64,000 nucleotides of DNA from Lytechinus pictus (GCF_037042905.1 NC_087250.1:7194001-7258000), one strand, 5' to 3'. Shown: positions 25,688 to 39,207, counted from the stretch's first letter. Numbers and translations are program-made. Notes: generated by a model not told the origin, from the sequence alone.

Positions 25688-26452
25688 ATGCCTAGAGAAA
25701 AGAAAGCTACACCATCCGAGCTTGCACAAGATGTTATTGTAGAACTTCTGAAAAATGAGGAATTCAAAAGTTACCTAAAAACAACAGTGAAAGAAGCCAT
25801 CAAAGAACAAATAGTGCTAGATGCATTGGTGAAAACAGTTGAAGAACAAGAAGGAAAGATTATGGATCTAGAGGCTAAGGTTGAATCCAAATCTAATGAG
25901 ATTGAAAATTTGAAGAAAACCATTGCTTCTGCTACTAACAACGTTTCTTTGACCGATCGTAAGCTAAACACTCTTGAACAGTACACAAGGAGAAATAGTA
26001 TTCGTGTTCATGGAATCCAGGAAACACCTAATGAAGATACAGATGCCCTTATCATCGAACTTGCTCAGAAGAAGCTAGGAGTTAACTTAAAGATGGACGA
26101 AATTGATCGTTGCCATAGAGTTTCTTCCCCAACTGCTGCTAAGAGTGACCCTAATGACAGAGGAGCTGCGCGTAACACACGGAATCTCCCCCGTCCAATT
26201 ATTGTCAAGCTCGCTACATATCGCATTCGCTCAAAACTCATCGCAGCTCGGAAGAATCTGAAAGGAACAGGAATTTTCGTTAATGAAGACTTAACTAGAT
26301 CGAACGAGTCACTATACCACAAGGTTCGAAAACACAAGAAGGTCTCGCGCTATTGGACATTGGATGGAAGAATTTTTGCCGGTGTTCCTACATCATCTGG
26401 CAACATCGTGAAGAAGCTCATCACATGCGATGAAGATTTAGCGAGACTGTGA
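25688..26452 (+). CDS. LINE ORF1 protein (coiled coil plus RRM/CTD, L1-ORF1-like)
   Basis: Intact 254 aa; LEQYTRRNSIRVHGI, IDRCHRV, PRPIIVKL, IFVNEDLT, WTLDGRIF. Confidence 0.9.
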   Translation: MPREKKATPSELAQDVIVELLKNEEFKSYLKTTVKEAIKEQIVLDALVKTVEEQEGKIMDLEAKVESKSNEIENLKKTIASATNNVSLTDRKLNTLEQYTRRNSIRVHGIQETPNEDTDALIIELAQKKLGVNLKMDEIDRCHRVSSPTAAKSDPNDRGAARNTRNLPRPIIVKLATYRIRSKLIAARKNLKGTGIFVNEDLTRSNESLYHKVRKHKKVSRYWTLDGRIFAGVPTSSGNIVKKLITCDEDLARL

Positions 26453-26875
26453 CTGTGATTCGACTTTGCTTTGTTCCTCCTGTTTCGACATCTTTTAACT
26501 TCTATACCTATGTACTGAGTCTGTATTACTCAATGTACATTGTGTGCATGTGCGGAGTTTATATTGCTCTCTGCTCTGCTCTCCATTTGTACATGTACTT
26601 GTACAGTACCAGTCACACATCTTTGATGCCTGTTTGCCTGGCTCAGCCAGAAATCAGTGAATTACATGTATCTATTGTTCTCCGGTTTGAGGCAGGTAGG
26701 CAGTGTCGGGGATGTGTGACTGGTGGTGTTATTTAATTGCACCTGGCAAGACTTTATTAAGCTTTTTTTATTCTGTCAAACTAGTCTTAAGCATTAAAAA
26801 AATCTAATATCACTTTTTTTTGTTCTTTTTTTTTGTATTCTTTTCTTTTGAATAATATATAAGTGTAATTTTTGT

Positions 26876-28238
26876 ATGTATAATCTTGAGAGCCAATATC
26901 TGAATGATATTACAAGATTAAATAGATTTTTATCACCTGATGTTGATACCGAAGATGCTACTTTTAACTTATCTATTAATGTTTTTTCTATTTCTAAATT
27001 CAATACCAAATTGAGGGATTGTGTGTCAAATAATAATTGTATAAATGATAAACATTTTTCATGTATACATATAAACTGTCGAAGTCTTTCTAAGAACCAT
27101 GAGAATTTGATTTCATTCTTAAGCTGTTTAGATATCAAACCTACAATCATAGGCCTAACAGAGACTTGGATTTCCGAATCCACACCAAGTGCAATATTTA
27201 ATATCGATGACTATAAATTTGTTGGTTTAGAACGTAAGAATAAAAGAGGTGGAGGAGTTGGTTTTTACATTCGTAATGATGTTGAATACTCCCATGTAAC
27301 AGAGTTTGATATCAATGAATGCCACGTAGAAGGTATATTCTTGGAATTGAAACTTTGTAATAATTCTATATATGTCGCATCTATTTACAGACCACCTGGT
27401 CAGCCCATTAGTTTATTTGTTAATTCATTATGTGCAATACTGGATAAAATAAATATATCTTGTAAAAAACTGTATTTACTAGGGGATTATAATATTGACT
27501 TGTTAAAAGTGAATAGGAATTATGAGGTTAATATTTTTTTAGACACTTTGATATCTTATTCCCTGAACACTTTAATTCGTTATCCAACCAGAGTCACTGA
27601 TCACTCTGCGACTCTGTTGGATAACATCTTCACCAATGACGAAAATGTTTTTTTGTCAGGTGCATTGTTTTCCGACATAAGTGATCACTTTCCTGTTTTT
27701 TGTTTAAGTAACACCATTCTTAACTGTAATAAAAATAATAATATATCTGGGAAGCGGCGTAACATCACAGATCAAAACATTGCTAAATTCATTCTTGAAT
27801 TAAATAAAGTTGTTTGGAATGTTGATCATGAAGATCCTAATAAGTCTTATGATAAGTTTTTAGACAAATTTTTACATGCATACAATGTATGCTTTCCATA
27901 TTCCTCTTTTTCCATAACCAATAAGAATAGGAGCTATAAGCCATGGATGACAAAAGAAATACAAAAGTTAACTAAAAGAAAATGTAAGATGTATAAGAAA
28001 TTTATTAAGAATCCATCTGAATATAGGAAATGTGTTTATAAGAAATCAAGAAATAAACTCACAAATTTAATTAAAAAAACAAAAAAAGAATATTTTCGAT
28101 TACAGTTCCAAAATGCCTCTGGTGATATGAAACAAACATGGAAAGTGATTAACAAAACACTTGGTCGTTCTCAAAAGAAAGCTGGTCTTGATAAAATTAC
28201 ATACCAGGATCAGGTCTTAACAGATAATAAAGTGATAT
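26876..28238 (+). pseudogene. LINE ORF2, 5' part (AP endonuclease)
   Basis: HINCRSL, GLTETW, GGGVGFYI, YRPP, GDYNIDLL, PTRVT, LLDNIF, SDHFP, KPWMT; interrupted after DNKVI. Confidence 0.92.
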
Positions 28239-29939
28239 TAGGAGTGGGCTATAAATGGGTGATTTTTGGTTTTACTGTGGTAACAGTTTTTTTGTGTTCC
28301 TTTTACCTTATCTCAACATGAAATGACAATATTTTTTGTCTCGGGTCCGAGAAAAAAGTGTGCCGGGCCAAAATCCAAAATGGCCGCCAAAGCCCCCCAA
28401 AATCACAGTTTTGGCCACAACTTGTTTATTTGGTCGTCATTTTCTCTGGTTTTGGTGTCTATTCATATGTTTTTGGGGGCAGGCAATTTGTTTTTCCTAT
28501 AATTAGTACTTTTAAACCATTATTTGTAGAGTTAAAAGGTAATTATACCTAAATTTTCCAATTTTTGTAGCCTTTTTTCAGCCAAAAAGTGGGTTTTATC
28601 ATCCTGGGTTTCTGGGATATTAGATGGTACGAAGTCAACAATAGCAAGCAGCTTCATGTAGCTATATTGCTTTTATTCCTCCACTTTGGGTTTTACGGAT
28701 ATTTGTGAAATATATCAAATAAAAGAAAATGTCATTTATCCATAGGGGCTATACGGTGTACAATGCACTGTACATACTACACTGCATATATCCATGCATT
28801 GACCACCATGACATATGACAAGGCCTGTATATAAACTAGTGTCATAGAATGAGCTTTAAAGGTTTAGAATTAGATTGTGAATTTGATTCCTTGTCAGCTG
28901 ATGTACATGGTGAAACCAGCAACGTAAATTACCGTCACTTACATGTAAATATCACATACATGTATATATACGTACATCACATTTTTAGCCATATCTTCTT
29001 CATTTGGAGGCTTTTTTTAACCTGGTTCTGGTGTCTAACTGGCCTATGTTTATGGGGTCAGGTAACTACTAGTATCATGGTAATGCTGATCAACAGCCAA
29101 TCAGAATAAAGGATTGCATGCAAGTTACCATTAAGTTAAGTTAACATAATGGTAAATTTTTATGCAACGGGCCCCAGAATAGCTACAGTGTAAATTACCT
29201 CTCTCCGCCCCCTGAATTAGCATATTGGACAAAACATGTCCTCAATTTCTGAGACAAAACATATCTTCAATTTCTGAGGCATCTAATTCTAAACCTGAGA
29301 GCTCATTTCTATGACACTATAGTTTATACAAGCCTTGTTATCTGTCATGGTGGCCAATGCATTTATGCAGTGCAGTATGTATGTACAGTATATTGTACAT
29401 ATGTATACTGTATAGCCCCAATGGATAATTGACATTTTCTAATTTAATAAGATATATTTCACAAATATCCGTAAAACCCAAAGTGGAGGAATAAAAGCAA
29501 TATAGCTATATGAAGCTGCTTGCTATTGTTGACCTCGTACCATCTAATATCCCAGAACCCCAGGATGATAAAACCTACTTTTTGGCTGAAAAAAGGCTAT
29601 AAAAATGGGAAAATTTAGGTATAATTACCTTTTAACTCTACAAATAATGGTTTAAAAGTACTAATTATAGGAAGAACAAATTGCCTGTCCCCCAAAACAT
29701 ATGAATAGACACCAAAACCAGAGAAATTGACCACCAAATGAAAAAGTTGTGGCCAAAACTGTGATTATGGGGGGTTTTGGCGGCCATTTTGGATTTTGGC
29801 CCGGCACACTTTTTTCTCGGACCCGAGACAAAAAATATTGTCATTTCATGTTGAGATACATTACAAGGAATAAAAAAAAACTGTTGTCATATTGAAATTA
29901 CAAAAAAAGTATTTTTGACCCATGTATAGCCCACTCCTA
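28239..29939. mobile_element. Foldback-type non-autonomous DNA transposon, 1701 bp, 7-bp TSD (hATw-like)
   Basis: Terminal TAGGAGTGGGCTATA and TATAGCCCACTCCTA; imperfect inverted arms of about 640 bp (28239-28875 vs 29282-29939); GTGATAT at 28232-28238 and 29940-29946. Confidence 0.92.
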
Positions 29940-29946
29940 GTGATAT

Positions 29947-31601
29947 GTAATACAATAAACAAATACTTTGTTAACATTGGTCCGAAGTTACATTCTGAAT
30001 TTACATCTAATATAAATACTCAATCTGATTTATTAAAGTATATTACTAAAAATGACAAATCTTTATTTTTGTCCCCAATAACTCCTAAAGAAATATTGGA
30101 TATTGTAACTGGTTTTAAAAATAATGTCAGTGCTGGTTTTGATGGTATTGATGTCAAGGTTGTAAAGAAGTCAATACATGTAATTGCTAAATTATTATGT
30201 GATATATTCAATTCTTCTTTTGTTACTGGGATTTTCCCAGACCAGCTTAAGATTGCAAGAGTGGTCCCTGTTTTTAAATCTGGTTCTCCTGACATTATTT
30301 CAAATTATCGTCCAATTTCCGTTTTATCCATTTTTTCAAAAATATTAGAAAGATGTATTTATTCTCGTTTACATAGTTTCATTTCTCAGTGCAATATTCT
30401 TAACAATAATCAGTTTGGTTTTAGAAAGGGGCACTCCACATCTTCGGCCTTAGCAGAATTTGTATATAAAGTCACAAGTGCATTAGATAAACAGGAAACA
30501 ATGATTGGTCTTTTTATTGATTTAAGCAAAGCTTTTGACTCACTTGATCATGATTTATTATTACGTAAATTAAGTTATTATGGAATTAGGGGGGTTGCAC
30601 TCAGTTTATTTGACAATTATTTTCAAAATCGTAAACAGTTTGTTTCGATTGATAATTTTTCTTCCTCGATGCAAGGTATAAGATGTGGAGTGCCTCAAGG
30701 GTCGATCCTCGGCCCACTTCTGTTTATAATTTACATTAACGATTTAAGTAATGTCTCCAAAATTGTGGACTCTATATTATATGCAGATGACACCAGCTTG
30801 TTCATGTCCCATAAAAATGTACAAACTTTACAAACTATTTTCAATAAGGAACTGAAATATGTATCTAACTGGCTTACTGTTAATAAATTAACCTTAAATG
30901 TTAAGAAATCAAATTTTTTGGTTTTTACAAATAAAAATAGATCACAATTCAAATTTGAGGTTTGTTTAAATGATAAGCCAGTTAATGAAGTAACATTTAC
31001 TACCTTTCTAGGTGTTAATGTCGATAATAAGTTAACTTGGAATGAACATGCTGGTGTCATCTGCAATAAAGTTGCCAAAATCGTTGGTGTTATGTATAAA
31101 CTCCACACATTGCCGAAGAATATTCTTCTTTTATTGTATAATACCTTGATTTTACCATATTTGAATTATTGCAATATAGCCTGGGGTAATGCCTTCCAAA
31201 CACATATTAACAGAATATTTCTTTTGCAGAAAAAGGCCATGAGAATTATAACTCACTCTTCTTATCTCTCCCATTCTGGACCATTGTTTACATCTTTGAA
31301 AATTTTGAATATAATGGATTTGAATAGAATGAATATTGCACTTTTCATGTTTTTCTATAAAAAGGATCTCTTGCCTAATTCACTTAAGAATTATTTTTTA
31401 TTAAACACATCTGTACATACTTATTCAACAAGAAATGCTCAAAATATCCATATTCCACAGTGCAGTACTTCCATCTTCAAAAACAGTATATTTTATCAAG
31501 GACCAGTTATTTGGAACTCAATCCCTTCTGACATTCAATCAAGCCCTTCGGTATCTGTTTTTAAAAGGAAATACAAAACATTTTTATTGTCTAAGTCTTA
31601 G
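29947..31601 (+). pseudogene. LINE ORF2, 3' part (reverse transcriptase)
   Basis: NYRPISVL, QFGFRKGHST, FIDLSKAFD, GVPQGSILGPLLF, YADDT, FLGV; open to TAG at 31601. Confidence 0.93.
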
Positions 31602-32735
31602 ATTTATTTTTGGTTCTCCCCCCCCCCCATTCTCATTTGGTTAAGGTTTAGTCAGGTGTTTGTTTGTTATGTTTTTTTGTTTGTTTTTTTCTCATTGAAT
31701 TTGTGATTATATGATGTTTTTAATATTTCTTTAACTTTAAGTACAATTTTTGTTATTGGGTTGGCCTCACACAAGGTTTCTTCCTTTTTGGTCATTACCT
31801 TCCTCACTTTCTTTAAATTTGATGTATATTGTGTTTACATTGTCTATTTTTTATGTATTTTTATCTTGATCTCTTGAGGAGAAATAAATGAAACTTGAAA
31901 CTTGAAACTTGAATTAAACTTAAAAAGTTAAAGGGGGTTCACAATCATGACAATGCAAAAATCCTCCTGACGGGGCTCATTGATTCTTGAGACTTTATTT
32001 CAGTTTTCATAAAAATATTATAAAAGAACTGGAACAAAATACAGATTATTATTCCGTTTTGGCCTGAAATGCACCAAAACGGAAAAATAAACTTACTGCG
32101 GCTGTCGCTTTGTCGCGCAACTCCCACTTCCCTGATTTATCTGAAATCAAGACAATACTAGTACCAGGTACCGTACTACATAATTCATATTCATAAACAT
32201 TTTTTTGCCATTGATGTACACTCACACGTATTGCGAGGTTAGTATTAGTATACTATAGTATACTAATACTAACCACGAACCGCGTTTGGCAGTGGATTTC
32301 TAACTAGTGGGTCGCGCGTGCTGGGATCTCACTTCTTGGGTCCACAACACACGACTTCTATGGCTTGAATTTTCTGTGCGCGGCGGCATGTAATGAACCC
32401 TTGCATTTGGGACTTGCGATTGATTTTTTGACTTGCGTTTAAACGCAACTCTTTCTGCAACGGACCCCAGATCAAGTTAGAACTTCTGTCTCTGCAATTC
32501 ATTGGAGAGTGGAGCCAACAGAGTTCAGCGGAACAACCAATATAACAGAGACCGGGGCTTTTGGTCTAGGGCCATTCCAAGGCAAAGTTTTGGAACTAAA
32601 TGATCAACTGGTGGAAGAATTAGGGCTATTTTACTGTTTTTACCTGATATGGTCATGAGATGTTGCCATTACAAGTTAGGCCTACGTGTATAGTCTTTAC
32701 TCTAGGAAGGGTGGGTTCAACTTCTAACTTTATAA

Positions 32736-33125
32736 AGAGAAATGCCAGTGCAGTAGTTCAGTAAACACTGATTTCATGAGAAAGTCTGTAAACCAGGCTT
32801 AATTGTCAGTATATCATCGAGGATCTAGATCTGGTACAGTTACATAAACTGCACTTTGTGAAATCTACGCTGAAAAATGTTCACACTGAAGATCACCAAC
32901 ACAGATAAGCGCATGTGGGACAGTATTATTATTGCCTTGAATGTCGGCCCGACGCTTGACCCGAATCCTGTGCTTATTTGCTGATTTCTCAGCAATTACA
33001 CAATTCCTTCCAGAATTCTTTGGCACATATGTTTTATTTATACAAACAGACACGTCTTTGGTGGTCATTTCATTGGAATCTGTACGAACTCATTTTGATA
33101 TTGTTACCACAACTGGCATTTACCT
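32736..33125. mobile_element. Kolobok-like MITE
   Basis: TIRs AGAGAAATGCCAGT and ACTGGCATTTACCT; flanks ATAA and TTAA (degenerate TTAA TSD); purine-purine termini. Confidence 0.7.
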
Positions 33126-33300
33126 TTAAGTCCAACTTCAAATGATTTTCAAATTAACAACAGGCCATGACATGTACAGTGGAGGCCCTATTTCATATTT
33201 GAGTTTACCAGCAACATAATCATGATTGAAAACTCAATTAACAAACAACAGTTAGGCTAACGAGTTAGACATGATTAGATTCAGGGCCTTCAAAAGGCAG

Positions 33301-33595
33301 AATAATAATAATAATAATAGGCATTTATATAGCGCCATCTATCTAGAAATATTCTATTCCAAGGCGCGTTGTAATTATTATCATTATTACCCCGGCTTTA
33401 GCTCGAGCTGCCTTTCAGCGCTAATGCATTCAAGGAATCAATCCTACCGGGTACCCATTTACCTCACCTGGGTTGAGTGCAGCACAATGTGGATAAATTT
33501 CTTGCTGAAGGAAATTACGCCATGGCAGGGATTCGAACCCACGACCCGATGTTTCAAAGTCAGAAGACTTATCCACTGGGCCACAACGCTCCACA
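33301..33595 (-). mobile_element. tRNA-derived SINE
   Basis: A box TGGCCCAGTGG, B box GGTTCGAATCC, core CTCAACCCAGGTGAGGTAAATGGGTACC, tail ending GGCGCTATATAAATGCC(TAT)n. Confidence 0.9.
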
Positions 33596-34346
33596 CAAAC
33601 ACGATCAGCGGTGAACTGTTCAGTAACAAAAATATACAATGTACATGTAGGCCCCCTAAAGCTGATTATTTGTCTATCGTCTTCAAATTTCCTGCTTTTG
33701 TACAGCTTAATTGCACAGTTTGACCCATGACAAGAAAGGTCAATTCTGGCACCTGCTCGTCAGCCTTGTGTAGGCTTGCACTGCGAGAGCTAATTTAAAG
33801 ACGTTTCAAAACTAAATCGTGTTTCATGTCGCATTCACGATTCTGAAGTTCGTAAAATCTGAGGTGATTGCATAATTTACAAACACATCTCTTTCGACGT
33901 ATGAATTATTTTCTGAATCTTGTTTTGAAAGACGTTTCCTTTTACGACTGGAAATGGAGGACATTGAACACACCCTTTGTTTCTCATTGTATCTGTGTTT
34001 TGTAATCACGTTTTCAATCATGATTCATGTTGCCGTTTAGATTTGGAAACCGACATTGAACACATCTAACGAAATAGCCCTTTGCTACCTCTGAAAACCA
34101 GATATCAATTTTTTTTATATTGGTTGTAATTGGTTGCTTTGTTTGAGTTGTCATCAAAATGTGTGTTGTTTGTGAGTACATACTGTATGAACCACCCAAG
34201 TTTGCAATGAACCCATCGTGCGTTTAATTCCACTTTGAACTGCCTGAAATGAGTGAAAACTGACCAAAATAGTCCTTGGACTATAAATGATTATTTTGTT
34301 TTTCTTGATTTGCTGTAAATAAACGATGGTGGACTTGAGTCATATT

Positions 34347-34601
34347 CAGAGCTGCCAACCAGTACGTTTTTGGCGTATTTAGTACGTTTTTTGCAACCAA
34401 AATATGATGGTACGTTTTTCTTTAAAAAATACGATTTTGTAAAAAAAAAATTATCAGTGAGATATACACATGTTTCAATGTTATTTTTTTATTTGCAAGA
34501 GCAGTGCGCAATTTATTATGAAATACATTTTTTTTGGTGGAAAAATACATTTTTTTAAATCACAGAATACACTTTTTCATTCCCAGGGGTTGACAGGTCT
34601 G
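34347..34601. mobile_element. MITE with 6-bp TSD (hAT6-like), copy 1
   Basis: TIRs CAGAGCTGCCAACC and GGTTGACAGGTCTG; CATATT at 34341-34346 and 34602-34607; shorter relative of 57524-57933. Confidence 0.88.
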
Positions 34602-34772
34602 CATATTATTATTCATATTCATTACAAGATTGTGAATGCATCATCAAATTTAACCCCCAATTGCTCCCCATAGTATGTACATGTAGACTGTTACTGTTGG
34701 TTGTATTGGGAAGAGCGCTTTTGTATCAGCCAAATTTGGAGCAACGCTGGTGAGGAGGCAGTGTTTTGCCTG

Positions 34773-34786
34773 GTTACCATGGTTAC
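34773..34786. promoter_or_regulatory. RFX X-box-like motif in a candidate non-coding first exon (donor CAG|GT at 34821/34822)
   Basis: GTTACCATGGTTAC, 1 mismatch to GTTRCCATGGYAAC; lies where CpG-poor, TACATGTA-rich sequence begins. Confidence 0.4.
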
Positions 34787-36930
34787 TATAGAAATATGAA
34801 AGAATTGTTGAGGAGAAGCAGGTGTTTCTTGTATTGTTATGGAATATTATCGGTGAATAATATTCTTGTCATGGCATTGCAATTCAATATTTGTGTGTCT
34901 GCTATATAGAGGGACTGTATTAAAAGTAATCTTTTCCCGCAATTATATTTGAAAAGTATAATTTTATTATTTTCTGTATCCGAATCCAAGCCTTTTAATA
35001 CTACATCATGTCATTCTAATTTGTAGATGTTTCTTTCCCAGGAATATACAATGTATATACATCTACACTACCATGGTATTAATTTAACCTATAGCACATG
35101 AAAGGTGTGTAAGCCTTCACTAGTTGAAATCTGTTTTGCATAATTGTTGCCATGTCTGGCAAGCCTCTGGCAATTTGTGAGTTTTAATGATGAACCACCT
35201 TTCTATACTACATTTCTACTCTGGTTGCACTTGCAATGAACACCAAAACAAACTTTAAAAAATGTGCACCCTGTACATGTATGTGTTTGTGTGTTGGGGG
35301 GGGGGGAGGGGTTGGGAATGATTCATGTAGACTGCACAGATTCTAATTATCTATTTTATTGACTACTGGATAAACTCTTTCTTTGTCACCATTCATGATT
35401 TGTGATAATGACCATGATCCCAAACATTGGATCTATTAACAGCTACTTGTAGACTAGAGTAAGTAGAGTCTAGTCTAATCCCTTAATCCCCTTTGTCTAA
35501 GCTCACTGCTGGCTTAATACAATAATAGCTATCCCAGCAGACTGTTCAGCCGTACATTGTGGATCTTAAAGTCTTTAATTCGTTTGAGATGGTTAAGTGC
35601 ATGTAGATAAAATGCTATGTATTATTTGAAGAATATGAACATTTTGTAAAAAGTATGGCATTTCATTACCCACTTGTTAATTTGCCCTATTCCGAACTCA
35701 GGTTTTTAATGTGAAACTTTGGTGCGTACCCATGGAATGGATGTTGGATCATAGCCAATTTTCACACGGACTGATTAGTGTGAGAAATTAATTCTTACTA
35801 CTAAATAGCAATGTCTCCCTGGAGACCACTATTGACCTGTATATCTAAAATAAATGTAGACTCATCAATTGATACATCATAAAATTCTGTTGTATCAGAC
35901 CGTGGACCTATAATACTTAGGTCCATGATCAGACTATCAATAAAAACAGAAGTGTTGTTTGTATGCACTATGCATTGACCTAGCTGTTAGTCTCAACTTC
36001 AGGCACACCTTGTATATGTTCATTGTACACATATGAGGAAATATATTGTATTGCTACATGTAATCCATGATTCTATTTCAGAAAAATAAGAGTAGATGAG
36101 CAAAAAAAAAAACTGATTTGCCAAAATTATAAAATAAATATTTATTTTCAGCCATTTGTTATTATGTACATGTAATAGAGGAAGGGGGGAATTTTGCAAA
36201 GATACACTGTACTGTTCAATATCAGTCATTGCCTAGTAAATCAATAAATACTTCATAAACCCCTTGGAGTAATCTTTTAATTGTACATGTAATTCAACAT
36301 GTATTAAACAAACTTGTGACTACACTTTAGTTCTACTATAGATGAAGCCCCCCCCCCTCCCAAGCATCGAGGACAAGTTGATTGAATTTTATGTGTTTTT
36401 TATTATTAAGGTCTGAAAACATAAGACTAACTTGTGTAAAAATGCCCTTGCTGAATTTTTGTATACTTCATTAAAGGCTTGTATACTCAAAGTAAATAAT
36501 AAATACACAGGATATACCAGCCCATTTGTGTTTGTGTTTACCCACACATTTGTGTGTGTTGGGGGGGGGGTATAGTGTAAAAATCAAGGCTTTTGTTCAC
36601 TCAGTTCATGAACACTTACAAGTTCAGGGTCTTAAAAAGAACCAACCTTTTTATTCTGATCAGCAAAAAAAAAAGCATGTTTGCCCACAGGTTCAGGACC
36701 ATTTAGCAATCTGTACTCCATCATCATTTCTGATTTGGAAACCAGATGATAGACTTGCTTCTGAGGTTCTTGTGTTAACCTCAAAGTGATACAGTACTTT
36801 TTTTGTGGGTGATTTTGCCCCTTTCTTGGGTGCAGCTCTAGGAAAATTGGAACTCCTGTGGAATATCTTTTGTGTGTGGACTATTTGTTTCATTCGTTGA
36901 TAATTTTGTAAGTAACTTTTAATACAGCTG

Positions 36931-37480
36931 CCCGGGGGGGCCACTTACATTGACGAGTGGATACCATGCGCGACCAAAAAAACACGTAAAAAGGATGTCC
37001 TTTTCACGATAGGGCACGTTACGTACGTAACGTGATAAGGGTGTCAAAAACACAAAAATGATGAAAAAAGGGTGTCTATTTCGCTAGGAAAATTACGTGT
37101 TTAGGGTCGAATTTGCGGGAATGATAAAACAAAATTAAAATGTTTTATAAAGGATGTCCATTTTGCCCCAACACTACGTGTTTAGAGTCCGATTTGCGCG
37201 AGGTTTAAAAGGTGGGGTCGTACTAAACCAAATAAGGTAAAGCCGACGACCGAAGGACCCGTAACAATAAAACATTCCTGTACTTGTTTAGGGGTTCATT
37301 TCAGGGAATATTTGCCAAGAGTATCGTTTTGTTTACAATACTTGTTAAGGGTAGAGTTTCACACGCCAATACTGTTAAGGGGTGCATTTTCAGAATATGG
37401 AAATTACGTGTTTAGGGTGCTTTTCGAGACCCCATGGTCGCGCATGGTATCCACTCGTAAATGGAAGTGGCCCCCCCGGG
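36931..37480 (+). mobile_element. CCCGGG-terminus MITE, 8-bp TSD
   Basis: Imperfect TIRs of about 45 bp beginning CCCGGGGGGGCCACTT; TACAGCTG at 36923-36930 and 37481-37488. Confidence 0.92.
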
Positions 37481-39207
37481 TACAGCTGATAAGTCTGTAC
37501 ACTGTGCATGCAGTCGAGTAGAACGTAGACTAACAGTCATTGTTTTCACAGACCCACTTGAGTTTAATATTAGGCATGTATTTTTCTTTATATATGGAGA
37601 AGGGGCTTTGCTGTCTCTTTGTTCTTCTTTTATTAAACATAGATTTTTACATTATTTTTTCTTTCATCATCATGCAAAGAGTGTAAGGTACGTTGCATGT
37701 AGATGTAATCATTAATATCAATTCAAGTTATACATGTATTTTGTCATGGTTAATTATTGATCATATTTTATAATTGTTATCCACAAAATTGCACACCAAG
37801 TTACCTCAAGTACAGTACATTTATATGCTTGGTTGAGTTTTTGTATTCTTTGAATCTGCAGTACTTATTAAAAGACGAGTTCATTGAATGCATTTTTAGG
37901 CTTTTTAAAACCTACATGTACCGGTACATGTAGGTGTGTACATTTTTTTTTATTTTTTTAAACATTTTTTTTCAGGGTGGGGGTTATCAAAAACTTCAGG
38001 GAGTCTTAATTGTTAAAAAGAATTAGAATTCAATATTACTACCTGCAAGAATGTAGAATCAGGAAGAATATTGTTTGGGGAAATGAAAGAAGAGGAAATA
38101 CAAGATCAAAGGGAAGGGGGCAGATTTAAATCTTGAACAAAGACCTAATGTTGTTCTACAATGGACATGATAATGATATCATGAAACTTTACAATTTCTC
38201 TCATCTCATCTCATCTCTTTTTCTGGGGGGGGGGGCAGGCTGCATGTATATCCTTTGTGGTGATTGTATTTTATGCCCATAATGAACATTTACATTTCTC
38301 ATCATAATCATTCCATTTTATTGATGTAATATGAAGAGAAAAACCTAAATAGAACTTAGAATATTGTGTCTGAATTTGTAGACTACACAAGGAAGTACTC
38401 TGATTGGCTCTGTTACCCTTCTATAAAGCATATTAACACCTATTCTCACCCCCATGTTGTTTCTTTAAAGTACATGTAATGCCCAATTTAGCTGGGCCAT
38501 TTTATCAAAGGAGTACCTGGCTGAACTTTAGGGGTAATATTATAATAATTTTAATCAAGCTACACTGTACCTTCAGCATTACAAGTCATCTCTGAAAAGT
38601 TTATCACTGCACAATAATAGCAATTTCTATTTTTTTTTTTTGGGGGGGGGGGGGGTGCTGTAGCCTTTATTTACATTGACATGTATTACAGGCATTGTTT
38701 AAAAAAAATGTGTTTCACTCTGTCTACTGTCTACTATGATTTCTTATCAACCTAAAATATGATTATCTTGGAAAGAAGATGTGTCCGCATGATATGTAGT
38801 ATACAAATTATAGCGAATAGGCGTGAGTGCGATTCTATTTGTGTTGTACAACGCCTCTGAAGCTAATGTTTATACTTTACATGTAAAGGGGTATATTATG
38901 GCTTTATATGCCATGGGTGTCACATTCTGGTTGGCCAGAAAGAGAGAAACTTTGAGCCACAATCACTAGCATCATAAATTGTAAGAGGGGTGGGGGATGC
39001 GATTTTTAAGCACCTGCCCCTGTTTCAAAATTTGAAAGGGTTCTGCACTTGCCGGAGGCAATGTTTCCCCTTCAGCGATCTTGTGATATTTGAAATTGAA
39101 AAACATTAATCGTCTGTGGTTGCTAGTATAGTAGTTCATGTACATCTGTGTTAATGAATTATTTTGTTGCCTCGCAACAATTCAGGGGATGGGACAATTG
39201 TGAGAAT

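Larger units (their letters stand above)
25130..31914 (+). mobile_element. CR1/L2-group LINE (Crack/Daphne/L2-like), apparently full-length, with a nested insertion at 28239-29939
   Basis: GC-rich 5'UTR, ORF1, about 420-bp spacer, APE-RT ORF2, T-rich 3'UTR, AATAAA and a (GAAACTT)3 tail at about 31889-31910. The 5' boundary is approximate. Confidence 0.92.

Noticed and set aside
33520..33595. tRNA-like sequences here and at 50495-50569, 53371-53440 and 56659-56735
   Set aside because: A and B boxes are present but there is no intact acceptor stem and they continue into SINE cores; not tRNA genes.
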